Shown: positions 38,963-49,839 of the stretch, in pieces
Layout of the letters: each line of letters starts with the position of its first letter
How positions within the stretch are numbered: the first letter of the stretch is position 1
Assembly: GCA_049999805.1 (NCBI GenBank)
Contig: JBNGIO010005956.1
Location: 76,614 to 129,265, forward strand
Direction: 5' to 3'
Origin: Folioceros fuciformis
Lineage: Eukaryota
Length of the DNA: 52,652 nucleotides
The notes under the pieces: model-generated
Told to the model about the DNA's origin: nothing
What the model saw: only the letters and a program-made list of their open reading frames with translations
Databases searched by the model: none
Made by a program: the position numbers and the translations under genes

Positions 38963-39603
38963 TCAGTCCACCAAGGACTGGCACGGCTCCACCCTGATCA
39001 CCAGATCGCCCCGCCCTTCACTCGATTGCCAGGTGACAGCAGGGTAGACCTCATCGGGGATGTTGTCCCAGGGAGCAATGCACGTCCTGTTATCGCAGGT
39101 GAAGGAGCAACTGCGTTGGATCATGTCAAGACCCACCGTAATCCTTAACTGGGAGGCCTCGTTGAAGATGTTTGACGTGGGAATAAGGACGCCCCTCTTG
39201 TTGTTCCAGAACGTACCCTTCCCGTCCAGCACCCACCCGTTGCTCAGGTCTCCCAGCCACACTGGGTCGGACCCATCCTCCTCCCCATCAGTGCAAAACC
39301 CAACCCCGAACTGCGCATCTGATTCATCGTCTTCACGGTCGATGACGATGTCCCACCTGTATATCAACTCCAGCTTTGGCTGCTGAGACTTGCTCAGCGT
39401 ACCGCTGTTCGCCGACCTCCTCTTCGTCTTCTTCTGCTTAGTCCCCATAACCGGGGACACAGTCCTGGCAAACCCGGGAAACGTTTCGCACCGGGGTGTC
39501 TTCGAAGCCATAGGAGGGCTTGACCCATACATGACGATCCTCAGCATAACTCTCCCACAGCAACACAAAGGGACCCTTGTACATTACCAGCTCCCAGAAG
39601 GAG
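38963..39603 (-). pseudogene. 3' part (end of BACK-like region + SPRY/B30.2 domain) of a BTB-SPRY gene split by the copia insertion
   Basis: YRWDIVID...FGVGFC...WLGDLSNGWVLDGKG...ITVGLDMIQRSCSF...IPDEVYPAVT resembles SPRY. Abuts the LTR/TSD at 39599-39604. Confidence 0.65.
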
Positions 39604-39809
39604 TGTGAAAATCCTAGCAATAGGATTGCATCTAGTTTAGCATGATCGAGACATCATAATCACAAAGATATCTCGTGTTCATCTAGGTGTCTCTTCCAAA
39701 GAGGCACACCCGTTCGTCATATTAGACACTATTAATTATGGTTATTAATTATGGTTTATAGTAATTAGTTGGTCAGCAGGGTTACGGGCAGATTATCTAT
39801 TCCGTAATA
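39604..39809 (-). repeat. 3' LTR of the copia element
   Basis: Aligns with both ends of 47523-48058; adjacent to the PPT. Confidence 0.88.
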
Positions 39810-39959
39810 CTCCCTCTTAAGCTGGATGTAACCTGGCTAGCATATGGGCATTGTCAAGAACTATCTTCAGTGTTCCCTGTGAAAGTCAGGTCTTCTTCTC
39901 TGCCTCAGGTTGTGGTCAGCTGGGGTGAGAAGTCGATTAGGCCTAGCTTAAGCAAGTCA

Positions 39960-40853
39960 ATCAAACCCTTGAAGATGCTATGGGTATAAGCTTGTTCTTG
40001 TTAATGTGTCCCAACCTGGCGTGCCACAAGGATGCCAAGCTATCAAAGGATGATGGCAACGGTCGGGCCGCAAAGGCAGACGGCTTGCCCCCACTGGCGA
40101 ATGAGACCCTATACAGGCCATCTTGAGGCACTGCACTAAAGAGGCACAAGTCAGAATTTGTGGTCCTAAAAAACAGCATGACACCCTTGAAGCAAGCATC
40201 TCAAGATCGCCCTGCTTCAGCAACTGAGTCGTGGAGACCATGTTCTTGCCTATTCGCCGGATGAGGAGCACAGGCTCCAAGGTAAGCACCAAACCATCAT
40301 TGAGGGGAAATTCGCAAGCGCCTTGTCCCATGATTGGCAGGCTGGATCTATTCTGTTCGTCACCAAGTAACACCCTTTCCCTGAGAGGACGAGTATCCAA
40401 CTTGGTGAACAGAGTGCCATCATTGCATATGTGGGCGGTGGCTCCACCATCCAGATACCACCCCGAATCCTGGTGCATCTTGGTGTAAGTATCTTTACGA
40501 TCTTTGTCTCCGCCACGCTGGCTTTCCCTTTCACTGCAACATTGGGTGCCTGTCTCATGCAAGTCTTCTGTGGCTCTTTGGCCTCTTTCTTGCGGCACTC
40601 TCAAGCCTAGTGGCCAGCAGCTCCGCACCAATTGCAGTTTCCAGCCCGGCAAGGAGGGGCAGAGGTTGATTCACCTTTGGGGGTGAAGTTTGCCTTGCCC
40701 TTCTCATTCTTCCCCGGACTTGAAGCGGGCGGATAGCGCCCTATCTGCCTCGGGCTTGGACCCTCCTGCAGAGCTAAGGCAGCTTTGCTCTTGCTGATAC
40801 AGCACGCTGATAATGTCCTCCATTGTAAGGGTGGAGGCTGTAAACAAGTTGTG
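39960..40853 (-). pseudogene. Copia gag (zinc knuckle) - protease - GAG-pre-integrase remnant
   Basis: TLTMEDIISVLYQQE, CNWCGAAGH...EC, WYLDGGATAHIC, LWHARLGHIN. Integrase core, RT and RNase H are missing before the PPT. Confidence 0.88.
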
Positions 40854-41569
40854 CCCCTAACGGTTGTATTCCGCCAAATCGGGCTTCGGGTGATTTTCTG
40901 CGTTATTTTTCGTGGCACATATCCATGATTCATGCTATTTGGTGTGGAAGACTCCCAAATATATGGAACACCGGTCACGGTGAACTTTGTATTCATCATG
41001 TTTACCTAGAAACTAGGCAAAATTGTGGGTTGCCAGCAGTAAAATTCCTTGATACTATCCAGTTCCACGGTTGGTCTGACGCTACCGAATGCATCTAGAC
41101 GGGACGATAATTTACGAAATCAGAATTACTAGAAATTGGAAAATGTTAAGGGGTTTAGCCATTTACGCATAGATGGAAGGAGTGCGACGGTCTATCGGCA
41201 CACTCCTTCAGGAAGTGCGCTGAGTAGCTGGTGAACACCCAGATCGGGTCTGGGGAAAGTGCAACACAACTATTCAAAATGGTTCACCGATAGGCCTGCG
41301 CACACATAGGCCGAGTTCGCCGCTCTATATGCGCACCCCCACAAGGGTACTTATGAATAGCCAACCACACCTCTCTGCAAACAGTGTTCATATATATGAA
41401 GTGTGGTATACATGAAAGTACTTAAACAATATAGTCTAAGTGTCTGCAAGTTAGTCGTCCATGTCATTTGGACGATTTTCCTGATCCCGCTTAAGCACAT
41501 GCAAGTTCTTTCTAATAAGGTTTCAAGTGCGAGTGTGCAGCTATTTTTCACAAGTCAACTCAAATCCAT

Positions 41570-44500
41570 ACGCTAAAATAAAAGTGTTCGCAATGGATAT
41601 TGTGTCAATATGCTTCCGAAGTCTTCTGCTTGGCCGTTACTTAAGTCCTCGTCTATAACCCATGGGAGATTCTTCATTCGGCAATATCATCTCCTCTTGA
41701 TATCGTCCTTCAAATGCATCTGAACATTTCGTGACCCACTAATGGACTGTGATACTATGAGTGTCATTTTCCTTCTATGTGTCCAACACTTTGGCGATCC
41801 AAAAAGGCCTGTTGTCTTCGTCTGTCTCGCATGGGACAGCAATCATGTGCCTTGCTTCTATGTCTGATACATCTCCATTGAAGCTGTCAACATCGTTGCA
41901 AACGTGTGCGTCTCTTCTATACGGACCCACATACATATCTCTTCTAGGAACTTCTCGTATCCGTGGCTTGTCCAAAACCACAGCATTTGGCACGAGTAAC
42001 GTGGTATTCAACAACTCTGCCTCGTCGCGATTATACCATCGCCATGGCCACAAAAGGTCTTGCTCCACACCCGAATTTATTATTTGAACGATGGTCTCTT
42101 GCTTTGCCCAAAATGAATCCCACCAGATGTCCTCGCCCAGACCTAAGTGCTCTCGTAATTTGCACTCCAATCTTGATCGAATCTCCGACAGATTATATCT
42201 TGGCACATTGTCAGTAATAGTCTCTTTTTTCCTACTCCTCACCTGCAGATGCATCAGTGGAGCGGCTTTCATAACCCCATCCGAAACTACTTTGAGAAAT
42301 TCTATACTGTCATCAGGCGACCAGTATTGATCGGTGGAATATTGTTTCCCTCTCATAACTGTAACAGATCCACAATCTCCACGGCTCTCTTTCGTAATCT
42401 TGAACTAGTGTTGATAAGATATATTATGCAGCTGATGAACTGCTGCAATACTCTGATATCCTGCTTTCCCATACGGTATAGGCCACACAAACTTTCTGAA
42501 GTCCGGCACCTCTTTCACCTCATGAACGTCTAGCATGGGGGTATACGCGTTCTGCATAACTGCAATAAGTTTTGGTAAAGTCAAAGCTTCCTTCCGACCA
42601 AGTGCCGTTGAAAACCTGGAAAACATCTAATCAACCTGGTCGTGCATATGGCCCACTAACAAGAACCCTACTTTTATCTTCGCGAAAACCCGCATTTCCA
42701 CTAACATATTCAAATAAGAAAAAAACAACACGTTTTTGTTCTCACGTGCAGTGTTGTCTAGCTGCAAGTATAGAACACCAGGTAGCAGGCCTTCGTACTC
42801 GTGAATCACGCGCTGAATAATTGATATTGTTAGGTTCGCATCGTTCTGAATGTTGCCGAACTCGATGAAGAGCTTCGGTCTCATAGTCTTGTTGTATACC
42901 ATACACCCTACCACATGCACATCAAGGAGGCCAACATCCGCCAAATCTTTTGGTACTCGAACGAAATGGGGCAGCTGAGTCTTTTGTTGATCCATTCCAT
43001 CCACTGATATCCCAATGTACTTCCCGGGGTCGCCATAACATTTGACCTGATGTTTGATACTCTTCTTGCGCTCTGCTTTCAATCTATATTGATGTAGCTT
43101 CAAGTCATTTTCGAAGCCCTCTACAAAAAAAAGCATGGAACTTCAAATCAAAATAAGAAAAAGACGGCAAACTGGTGGGTGTGCGCCTAAACCCATCTAC
43201 CGGCACACGCCCACCAGTTGACCGGCGCACTTTATCATCTAGGTAGATGGTGGGTGTGCGCCGGTCTACCCTCTAAACCCTCTACTGGCACACACCCACC
43301 AATGCACAATCAGACCCTAAACTTTGTGAGAGGAAGCAGAGGGAGTGCACTGGTCTACCGACGCACTCCCACCAATGCGCGGTCAGCCAGCAAACTTCGT
43401 GATGCGAAGCAGAGCGAGTGTGCCGGTCTACCGGGGCACACCCACCATCTACCCAGATGATAAAGTGCGCCGGTCAACTAGCGCACTTATAACGCAAGGA
43501 GGGTTGAAAGTGCGCCGGTCGACCGGCGCACTTCCAATGCCTATATGAAACCTACTTAAAAAAACACGCTTACATACCTTGTTTCTTCTTATCAGACTTG
43601 GCCTCTTATGTTCCTTTTCAGGTAGTCACAGGTTGTACATAGCGAAAACCTATTGGTCTTCGGAATTTGCACTTTGTGGAAATGTGAACCCCACAATTGA
43701 CAGAAATAAGAGTAACACACATTGTATTGTTCTGCTTGTTGCATTTGCTGCTTGTACTCCAAAAAAATTTCCTCCTTTGTGTACGAGTCTGGAAGATGGT
43801 ACACTTCAATGTTCGGCATGCGTTCTGCTAATAGCAAAAATAATTCATCCATTCAAACACATGCGGCCATAGTGTGGTCTTGGGTGCGCTTCTCTGCACG
43901 GACAGAGCCCACCCACACAATGTTATCCAAAGCTCTTTCTTTCACGGCCTCGTACCTGTTTGCACCGATACAGAAAACTCGTCTAAAGGCGTCCCGACAA
44001 CAGCGTATCTTGGCAGATCCAATAAAAAAAGTCTTCGCTGTATAGCGTCCATCAATAGCACGATTGACATCGAACAAGGTCTGCAAAAACATTTCTTGCT
44101 TCTGTTCTACACATGTTTAAAAATCGATACCTCAAATCCTGAAAGCCTGGTTTACCCAAGGATCTAAGACATTGCTTTGCACAACATATCCTGCGGTAAT
44201 CTGCAGAAATACAGATCTCAGAGCACTTTGCCTTAGATACAGTCAAGATTTTTTTCTTCCAACTGCGTCGATGATCTCCAAAAGCTTCAATCAGAGATTG
44301 GGATGATGGTTTCAAATTGTATGATCTTTGCACCGTTGTGCAAATCATCCTGCCTACTTCTTTGGACAACACATCCGCTCTGTCACCTTCAGCATGGAAG
44401 CACTCCCCGCTTGACGTTCCTGGTTCCCACCTTCCACTCGCATTTCCTTTCACATCCAGATTATCAAGGTTACCGTGCAAGATTGTGCCCTCCACATTCC

Positions 44501-44690
44501 ACTTCATAGGTGTTGTTTTCCAGATCGCTGGCCTGAAAGGAGATTGGGTTCACAATGGGCTTGTTGAAGTGTGGATGTCGTCGAGAAGACTAAGGCGTAT
44601 AGGCGACGCTCGAAAGTCGATGTCGGTACCTTCTGAATCATCGACTACAAAGCATCATGATGTGAATAGAGAACTCTAACATAGACTTCC
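41570..44690 (-). pseudogene. Sola-like/DUF7869 transposase pseudogene, intron 43121-43577
   Basis: Cys-rich N-terminus (CCAKQC, CCRDAF, FSLCTTCD), catalytic-type motifs SVDGMDQQKTQLPH, LYLQLDNTARENKN, FLLVGHMHDQVD*MFS, C-terminal RPFWIAKV. Several stops and frameshifts. GTATGT donor at 43577, TTTGTAG acceptor at 43121. Confidence 0.75.
43170..43535. repeat. Nested inverted-repeat (fold-back) cluster inside the transposase intron
   Basis: ~50-bp inverted repeat 43217-43266 vs 43430-43479, plus several local hairpins built from GTGCGCCGGT / ACCGGCGCAC. Confidence 0.85.
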
Positions 44691-45160
44691 AACTAGAACA
44701 CACGAATGCCCTTCACAAACCGAATTCCTCGCCTACCTTGAGAGTTGAACTCCGCTGTTGTCACCGCCACCATCTCGCGTGAGGAAGAAGCTTGCCAATC
44801 CATGCCAATGTCTCAAGGATTGCTCGCAAATGACCTTCCTTACAGGATGCAAGCTAACGTCACTCGAAGTTTGATTGAAGACAGGGTAACACTGGCATAA
44901 TTAAGCCACCACTTGAATATGAACGTTTGATCACGATAACAAATAGCGGTTGTTGGTATGAAACGGCGCCTACAATCGTTGTTGTGGCATAAATGCTGGA
45001 GACGTAGTTCAAACACCCTTGCTATTTCAGGAAACAGAAGTTCAACTTCACATTTGACTTCAAATCTCATCGTTCAATGCTTAAGACATTCTTCTGTCCT
45101 TTTGGATCATACCAGGTGTTTTGAAGTTCCATCGTTCACAGGCTCTCCAACGCAATCGAA

Positions 45161-46445
45161 GATGGCAGCTGGCCGACGGAGCAACAAGCAACGGAATGCG
45201 GCCATTGACATGCAAGCATTGGAGGCACCACCAAGGTTGAAGAAACCACGACAGGGTGCGAAAGCTTCAGCTCGCGCTACCTCTGGCCCATTCGTGGAAA
45301 GAGATAGCCATTGGCGACCAGCGATCACAATAGAGGATGTTACACCACAGCCACCAACTGTTACACTGAGGAAAGACAATTCAGCCGGGAGCGTCCGTGC
45401 CTCGAACAGCAAAGCTAGCGAAGTTCATATTAACCATGTTCCTGTGAATGTGACTTAGGGTGGCAGCACGGGTGGTAGCCAGAACCACAACATTCCAAAT
45501 GTGTACAACTTTGTTGAGCGTTTGAAGCTTAAAAAGCTTGAAGACACGCTTGCCAAAAGTTCAACACAGACCAAGAGTGGTTTTTAGTCATAGAAGAGGA
45601 GCCAGAAGACTACAATTTGCCTTGGGTGCCGCAGGTGGCTCTATGGGTTAACGGTTTCCAAGGCTTGCAGGACGATGAGGCTGGGAGGCTTGAATGGATT
45701 CTATGTGCATTTGTTGATGGCGTAGAAGAGGAAACCCATGTCAATTTCATATGCACGCGGCACCCACCAAGCCATATCACCAATGACTACGATAGCCACA
45801 GATTTATTGTAGTCAATAACGCAAGAGCTATGCCATAGCGCTGTGAACCGATGTGGCTAAAGACCGCTTTGAAAGATTGCATGAATGTGGAAGATGTTAG
45901 TATTTATTTAGTGTAATGTATGTTTATGTTTATAAACCCAGCATTACGTAACCCTAAAAATTTGCATTACGTGTTTCCTGTAGGGAGGCGAACAGTTCTG
46001 TCGGATTGTCTTGCGTTGTGTTGCTGATTGCGTTCTGAAGAATTAAGCTCTAGCTTCAAGAATCGCAGGATAGCACCAGAGGGTATCCATCCAAGCAGAG
46101 TTCAGCCCCATCTCATCAAGGCCAATGGAGAGGGTTGATAGACCGGTGGAAATGCCGCACATGCAGCCAGAGCTTCGGAAGACGACCTCCCTGACCCTAA
46201 ATAGCTAAGCGGTGAGGAGGAGAAAGAGATGGGAGATTATTCCTCTACGGAAGACAACTTGAATGAAGCCCTGGATGCGGCTCGAGGCTCAGGAGCGGAG
46301 GAAGATGGTGAAGAAGATTCACCAATAGAGATAACCCCACCTCGGAAGAAACAGAAGACGGTGCGATGGGCTACCGGCGCCCCTGTGCAACAGAAGAGGA
46401 AGATTGCAGCCACCTCTCCGTCCAAGATGCGGAAGAGAAACACAG
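45161..46445 (+). pseudogene. Degenerate accessory gene of unknown function, divergent from the transposase
   Basis: ATG at 45161 (MAAGRRSNKQR...PPRLKKPR). Reading continues through isolated stops, with a probable intron ~45896-45983, an acidic tract and NLS-like PRKKQK. Confidence 0.45.
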
Positions 46446-46602
46446 GTTGCTATAAAAAACTCACTCGCTGTTCTTTCTGTTCTTGTGTGTGAAAAAACTA
46501 GTATCTTGGGAAGCCACGAACGCTGACATCTTGCCTAACATCTAGAAATGTTTCAGTGGCATCTTCTTCACCACAAAAGAAGAAGAACAGGATGACAGGT
46601 CA

Positions 46603-46765
46603 GGTGGCGCCTAGGTGGCGCCTAGGTGGCACCCGCGTGGTGCCCAAGCGGCACTGATGTGGCGCCCGCTGGAGCTCACATGGCGCCTAGGTGGCGCCCA
46701 AGTGGCTCTCACATGGCGCCTATGTGGCGCCTGCATGGCATCAAGGTGGCGCCTGTGTGGCGCCC
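46603..46765. repeat. 11-bp periodic GGTGGCGCCTA-type repeat (~14-15 degenerate units)
   Basis: TGGCGCC and variants recur every ~11 bp in the leader downstream of the second element's PBS. Confidence 0.8.
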
Positions 46766-46822
46766 CTCCCCCTCTTAGATGGCCATCTTCATGGTCTTGC
46801 TCCACAACCTGCTCCACAACCT

Positions 46823-47160
46823 GCTCTGATACCACTTGTAGGACCAATAGAGGAGCATGGTGGAGGAGAGAAGAGGAGGCAGAGAGGAGAGGAGAAAAAG
46901 AGGTCACATTGAGAGTAGTTGGCAAGGGAGCTCAAGGGGGTATTTATACCCTCTAGAAGAGCTCCCTAGGAAGCTTCACAAGAAGCTCACAGGAAGCTGC
47001 GCAAGAAGCTTCCTACATATTAGCTTAAGCTAATCTAAACTAATGATACTTAACTAGACACTAATCTTAGACTAAACACATTAGTCTAAGCACATTAACT
47101 AAACACTAATCATAGACTAAACACATTAGCCTAAGCACATTGGGCTTTAATAACCCTACA
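46823..47160 (-). mobile_element. 5' LTR (46837-47160) and tRNA-iMet PBS (46823-46834) of a second LTR retrotransposon
   Basis: TGTAGG...CCTACA inverted termini; TATAAATA on minus at ~46941-46948; adjacent GCTCTGATACCA (= TGGTATCAGAGC on minus). Internal region truncated at ~46500. Confidence 0.85.
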
Positions 47161-47522
47161 CCTTGTAATAGAGACTCTGTGTGAGAGTGTGACCTCTCTT
47201 TCTCCCCTCCTTCTTGCTTCCTCCTCTCCTCCTTCACCATGTGGCTCCTTTACCGATCCTGGAGGATGCGTGTTTGGGTGCAAAACCATGACTAGCATTA
47301 TATACTTAGATCATATTTTCTTAGGGGTAGTTTAGTGGATTCTGTCCCTAGTATCTAGATTCTAAAGTTGCTGCGCATGGGGCGAGGATACATTGGCCAC
47401 AGGGCCCGAGTGCCATCAATAGTGATGGCCACCGGGCGTGTGAGCAATTGTAGAATATCATGAATGCAATCTAGGATGCATGTGTACGCTATATTATGAA
47501 GCATGACGAGGATTTTATACCA

Positions 47523-48058
47523 TGTGAAAATCCTAGTTGTAGGATTGCATCTAGTTTAGTATGATTGAGACGCCATGCTCACAAAGATGTCTTGTGTTAA
47601 TCTACAGAAGGTGTATACAAAGTGTGTCTTAAATAGGGTCACTTGGTAATCTATAGAAGGTGTATACAAAGTGTGTCTTAAATAGGGTCACTAGGTAATC
47701 TACAGAAGGTGTATACAAAGTGTGTCTTACATAGGGTCACTAGGTAATCTACAGAAGGTGTATACAAAGTGTGTCTTACATAGGGTCACTAGGTAANNNN
47801 NNNNNNTACAGAAGGTGTATACAAAGTGTGTCTTACATAGGGTCACTAGGTAATCTACAGAAGGTGTATACAAAGTGTGTCTTAAATAGGGTCACTAGGT
47901 AATCTACAAAAGATGTATACAAAGTGTGTCTTAAATAGGGTCACTAGGTGTCTCTTCCGAAGAGGCACACCTGTTTGTAATTACTAGACACTATTAATTA
48001 CGGTCTACGATAACTAGTTGGTCAGCAAGGTTATGGGCAAATTATCCGCTTTGTAACA
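47523..48058 (-). repeat. 5' LTR of the copia element, containing a 49-bp tandem array (47599-47949, ~7 copies)
   Basis: Unit AATCTACAGAAGGTGTATACAAAGTGTGTCTTA(A/C)ATAGGGTCACTAGGT. The array contains a 10-N gap. Confidence 0.9.
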
Positions 48059-48410
48059 AGGAGAATTGAGTCAACATTTGACAAAATGTCTCCAACAGCA
48101 CATTCTCCAACACCATCTCCAGTGGCTTCAAAATCATAGCCAGCTCCTTGGAATGCATAGTCGAAAAGCTTCCTATCAAGACCTAGGGACAAGTAGTCCA
48201 AGGCCTTGCATAGAGTCATTGCCACCATGTTGCTCACATCCCCCTTCCCACTGAGATGAGCTTGCAAACTGGTGAGAATGATGGCTATTAGCTCGTCTGT
48301 TTGCTCCTAGAGGTCGAAGTACCTCGACACATGGAACGCCTCCACTAGCATCTCCGTGAGAAGACCTCACTAGTCACCTTAGAGGTAGGGTCACTACCGC
48401 CTCCAGGAAA
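48059..48410 (-). pseudogene. 5' part (BTB/BACK-like) of the gene split by the copia element
   Basis: MLVEAFHVSRYFDL*EQTDELIAII...LCKALDYL...; 'VLLETFCQMLTQFS' joins in frame across the TSD to 'FWELVMYKGPFVLLWESYAEDR' left of 39599. Confidence 0.55.
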
Positions 48411-48979
48411 GCTTTGTAAAATCCTTTTCATTTATTTTTCTTAAAAGGATTTATTATTAATTTATAATTTATAATACTTTTATGGATAATTATCAAAAAA
48501 TACAGATTTATTAATTTTTAAAGTTTTTTTAAATCATTCAAAATATTTCCAAAAAAATTAGCTTCCTCAAAGAATGAGACTAGAAATGGTTGCTTTGTTT
48601 CAGAAAAACCTAAGGTGCATCATGACCTAGCCACTCAGGTTCATTCTGTAAGCTCTTTCAACCTAAATTGTATGCCTCTTATCCCATTCTAGAAAGTCTT
48701 CTAACCTAGATTACATGCCCCTTCTCCCACCTCCTCCTCCTCGTTTAGCTAGGTGTTGGATTAAGCGTATTTGTCTGTACATACCCCAAGAAGACTTTGA
48801 AAACAAGCTAATTCATTAATTGCTAAAATTTTACTTCTATAAAACTCAATTATCTAAGAAAAAGTACCTTGACTTCTATCTACATGAGGGGTTGATCTAC
48901 GATTAAATAAGCAAAGGTTCCTCACTCCGAATTTCTACTCAAACTAAAGATATCAACTTAGTTTTAATTAATAAGAATT

Positions 48980-49400
48980 TTCTATTATTAAAAAAAAAGA
49001 TGGAATGTCCCATATACTCTAAAGATTGGAAGAACAATCGAGCAAGGCCAAGGCCAAAAGCCTAAAAAAGGGTACTAGCCTCTTCGAACATCATTCTAAA
49101 AAAGCTCCCTACTGCTCCCAAAATGTCATGATGTGGAATAACAAAAGACCTACCTACCCTCATTGCCGAAGAAGCCACTTGACCTATGCTTGTTGCTATT
49201 CTAGAACCAGGTTGGCCAATGCTCTTTGCAAAGCAATGGATACGCATTGTCGAAAGAAGGCCACCATAGAGAAAAGAGGGAGAACCTCATTCCTATGACT
49301 TTGATAAACCTTGGCACACTCCTTAATGAACCTTAAAAAGTCCTTGCCCATAGCCCCATGAGACTCAAGAGCAAAGGGGATGAAAGTATGCCCGTTTTCA
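48980..49400 (-). mobile_element. CRE-like non-LTR retrotransposon 3' fragment, copy 4
   Basis: HTFIPFALESHGAMGKDFLRFIKECA...FFRQCVSIALQRALAN; colinear with 7705-8105; same T-run + AATAATAG terminus. Confidence 0.7.
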
Positions 49401-49839
49401 TTAGCAGTAGGTTTTGGAACCCACATTTACCTAAACCCAAGCCATAAACATTTGTGCCTACACAATCTAAAATCCATATGCTTCCCTACAAAGTACCATA
49501 AGGAGTTAGATAGAATTGCTAACGCGGAAGCTAATGCATTGAATAATGATCTATTAGCAAATTGATTTGGTGGATACAAAGGTAGGCCTTAAGCAGCAGT
49601 TTACGAAGGGGTGTGCCCTTTGACTAACCTAAGTACAAACGGAGATCACTGCTGTTAATGCCAAGCTTTAAACATCTCCAAAACGGCTATCACCTAGAGT
49701 CGGTAGTCCTCACTCTTGTAGAGCTTGTAGTCTACAGGATCTCACAAAGTAGAACACTACTCCAGTGACCAGAAGAGAAGCATGCCAACTGCTTCGTATC
49801 ATCAACCTAAGTGACGGAATATTTGTGTAGTGAAAGATC

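Larger units (their letters stand above)
40854..46500. mobile_element. Nested DNA transposon, Sola-like/DUF7869 DDD-type, with a divergent second gene; boundaries approximate
   Basis: Copia gag homology stops at ~40853. The inserted block contains a transposase-like pseudogene (-) and a degenerate + strand ORF. No matching TIR pair found. Confidence 0.6.
39604..48058 (-). mobile_element. Ty1/copia LTR retrotransposon, internally deleted, with nested insertions; TSD AGGAG
   Basis: Homologous LTRs 39604-39809 and 47523-48058 (TGTGAAAATCCTAG...GTAA(T/C)A). AGGAG at 39599-39603 and 48059-48063. PPT (TTAAGAGGGAG, minus) at 39810-39820. TGGTAT PBS remnant at 47517-47522. Gag/protease remnants inside. 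Confidence 0.9.

Noticed and set aside
40854-47330. TIR pair CCCCTAA (40854) / TTAGGGG (47321) for the DNA transposon
   Set aside because: The match does not extend beyond 7 bp and no TSD supports it.
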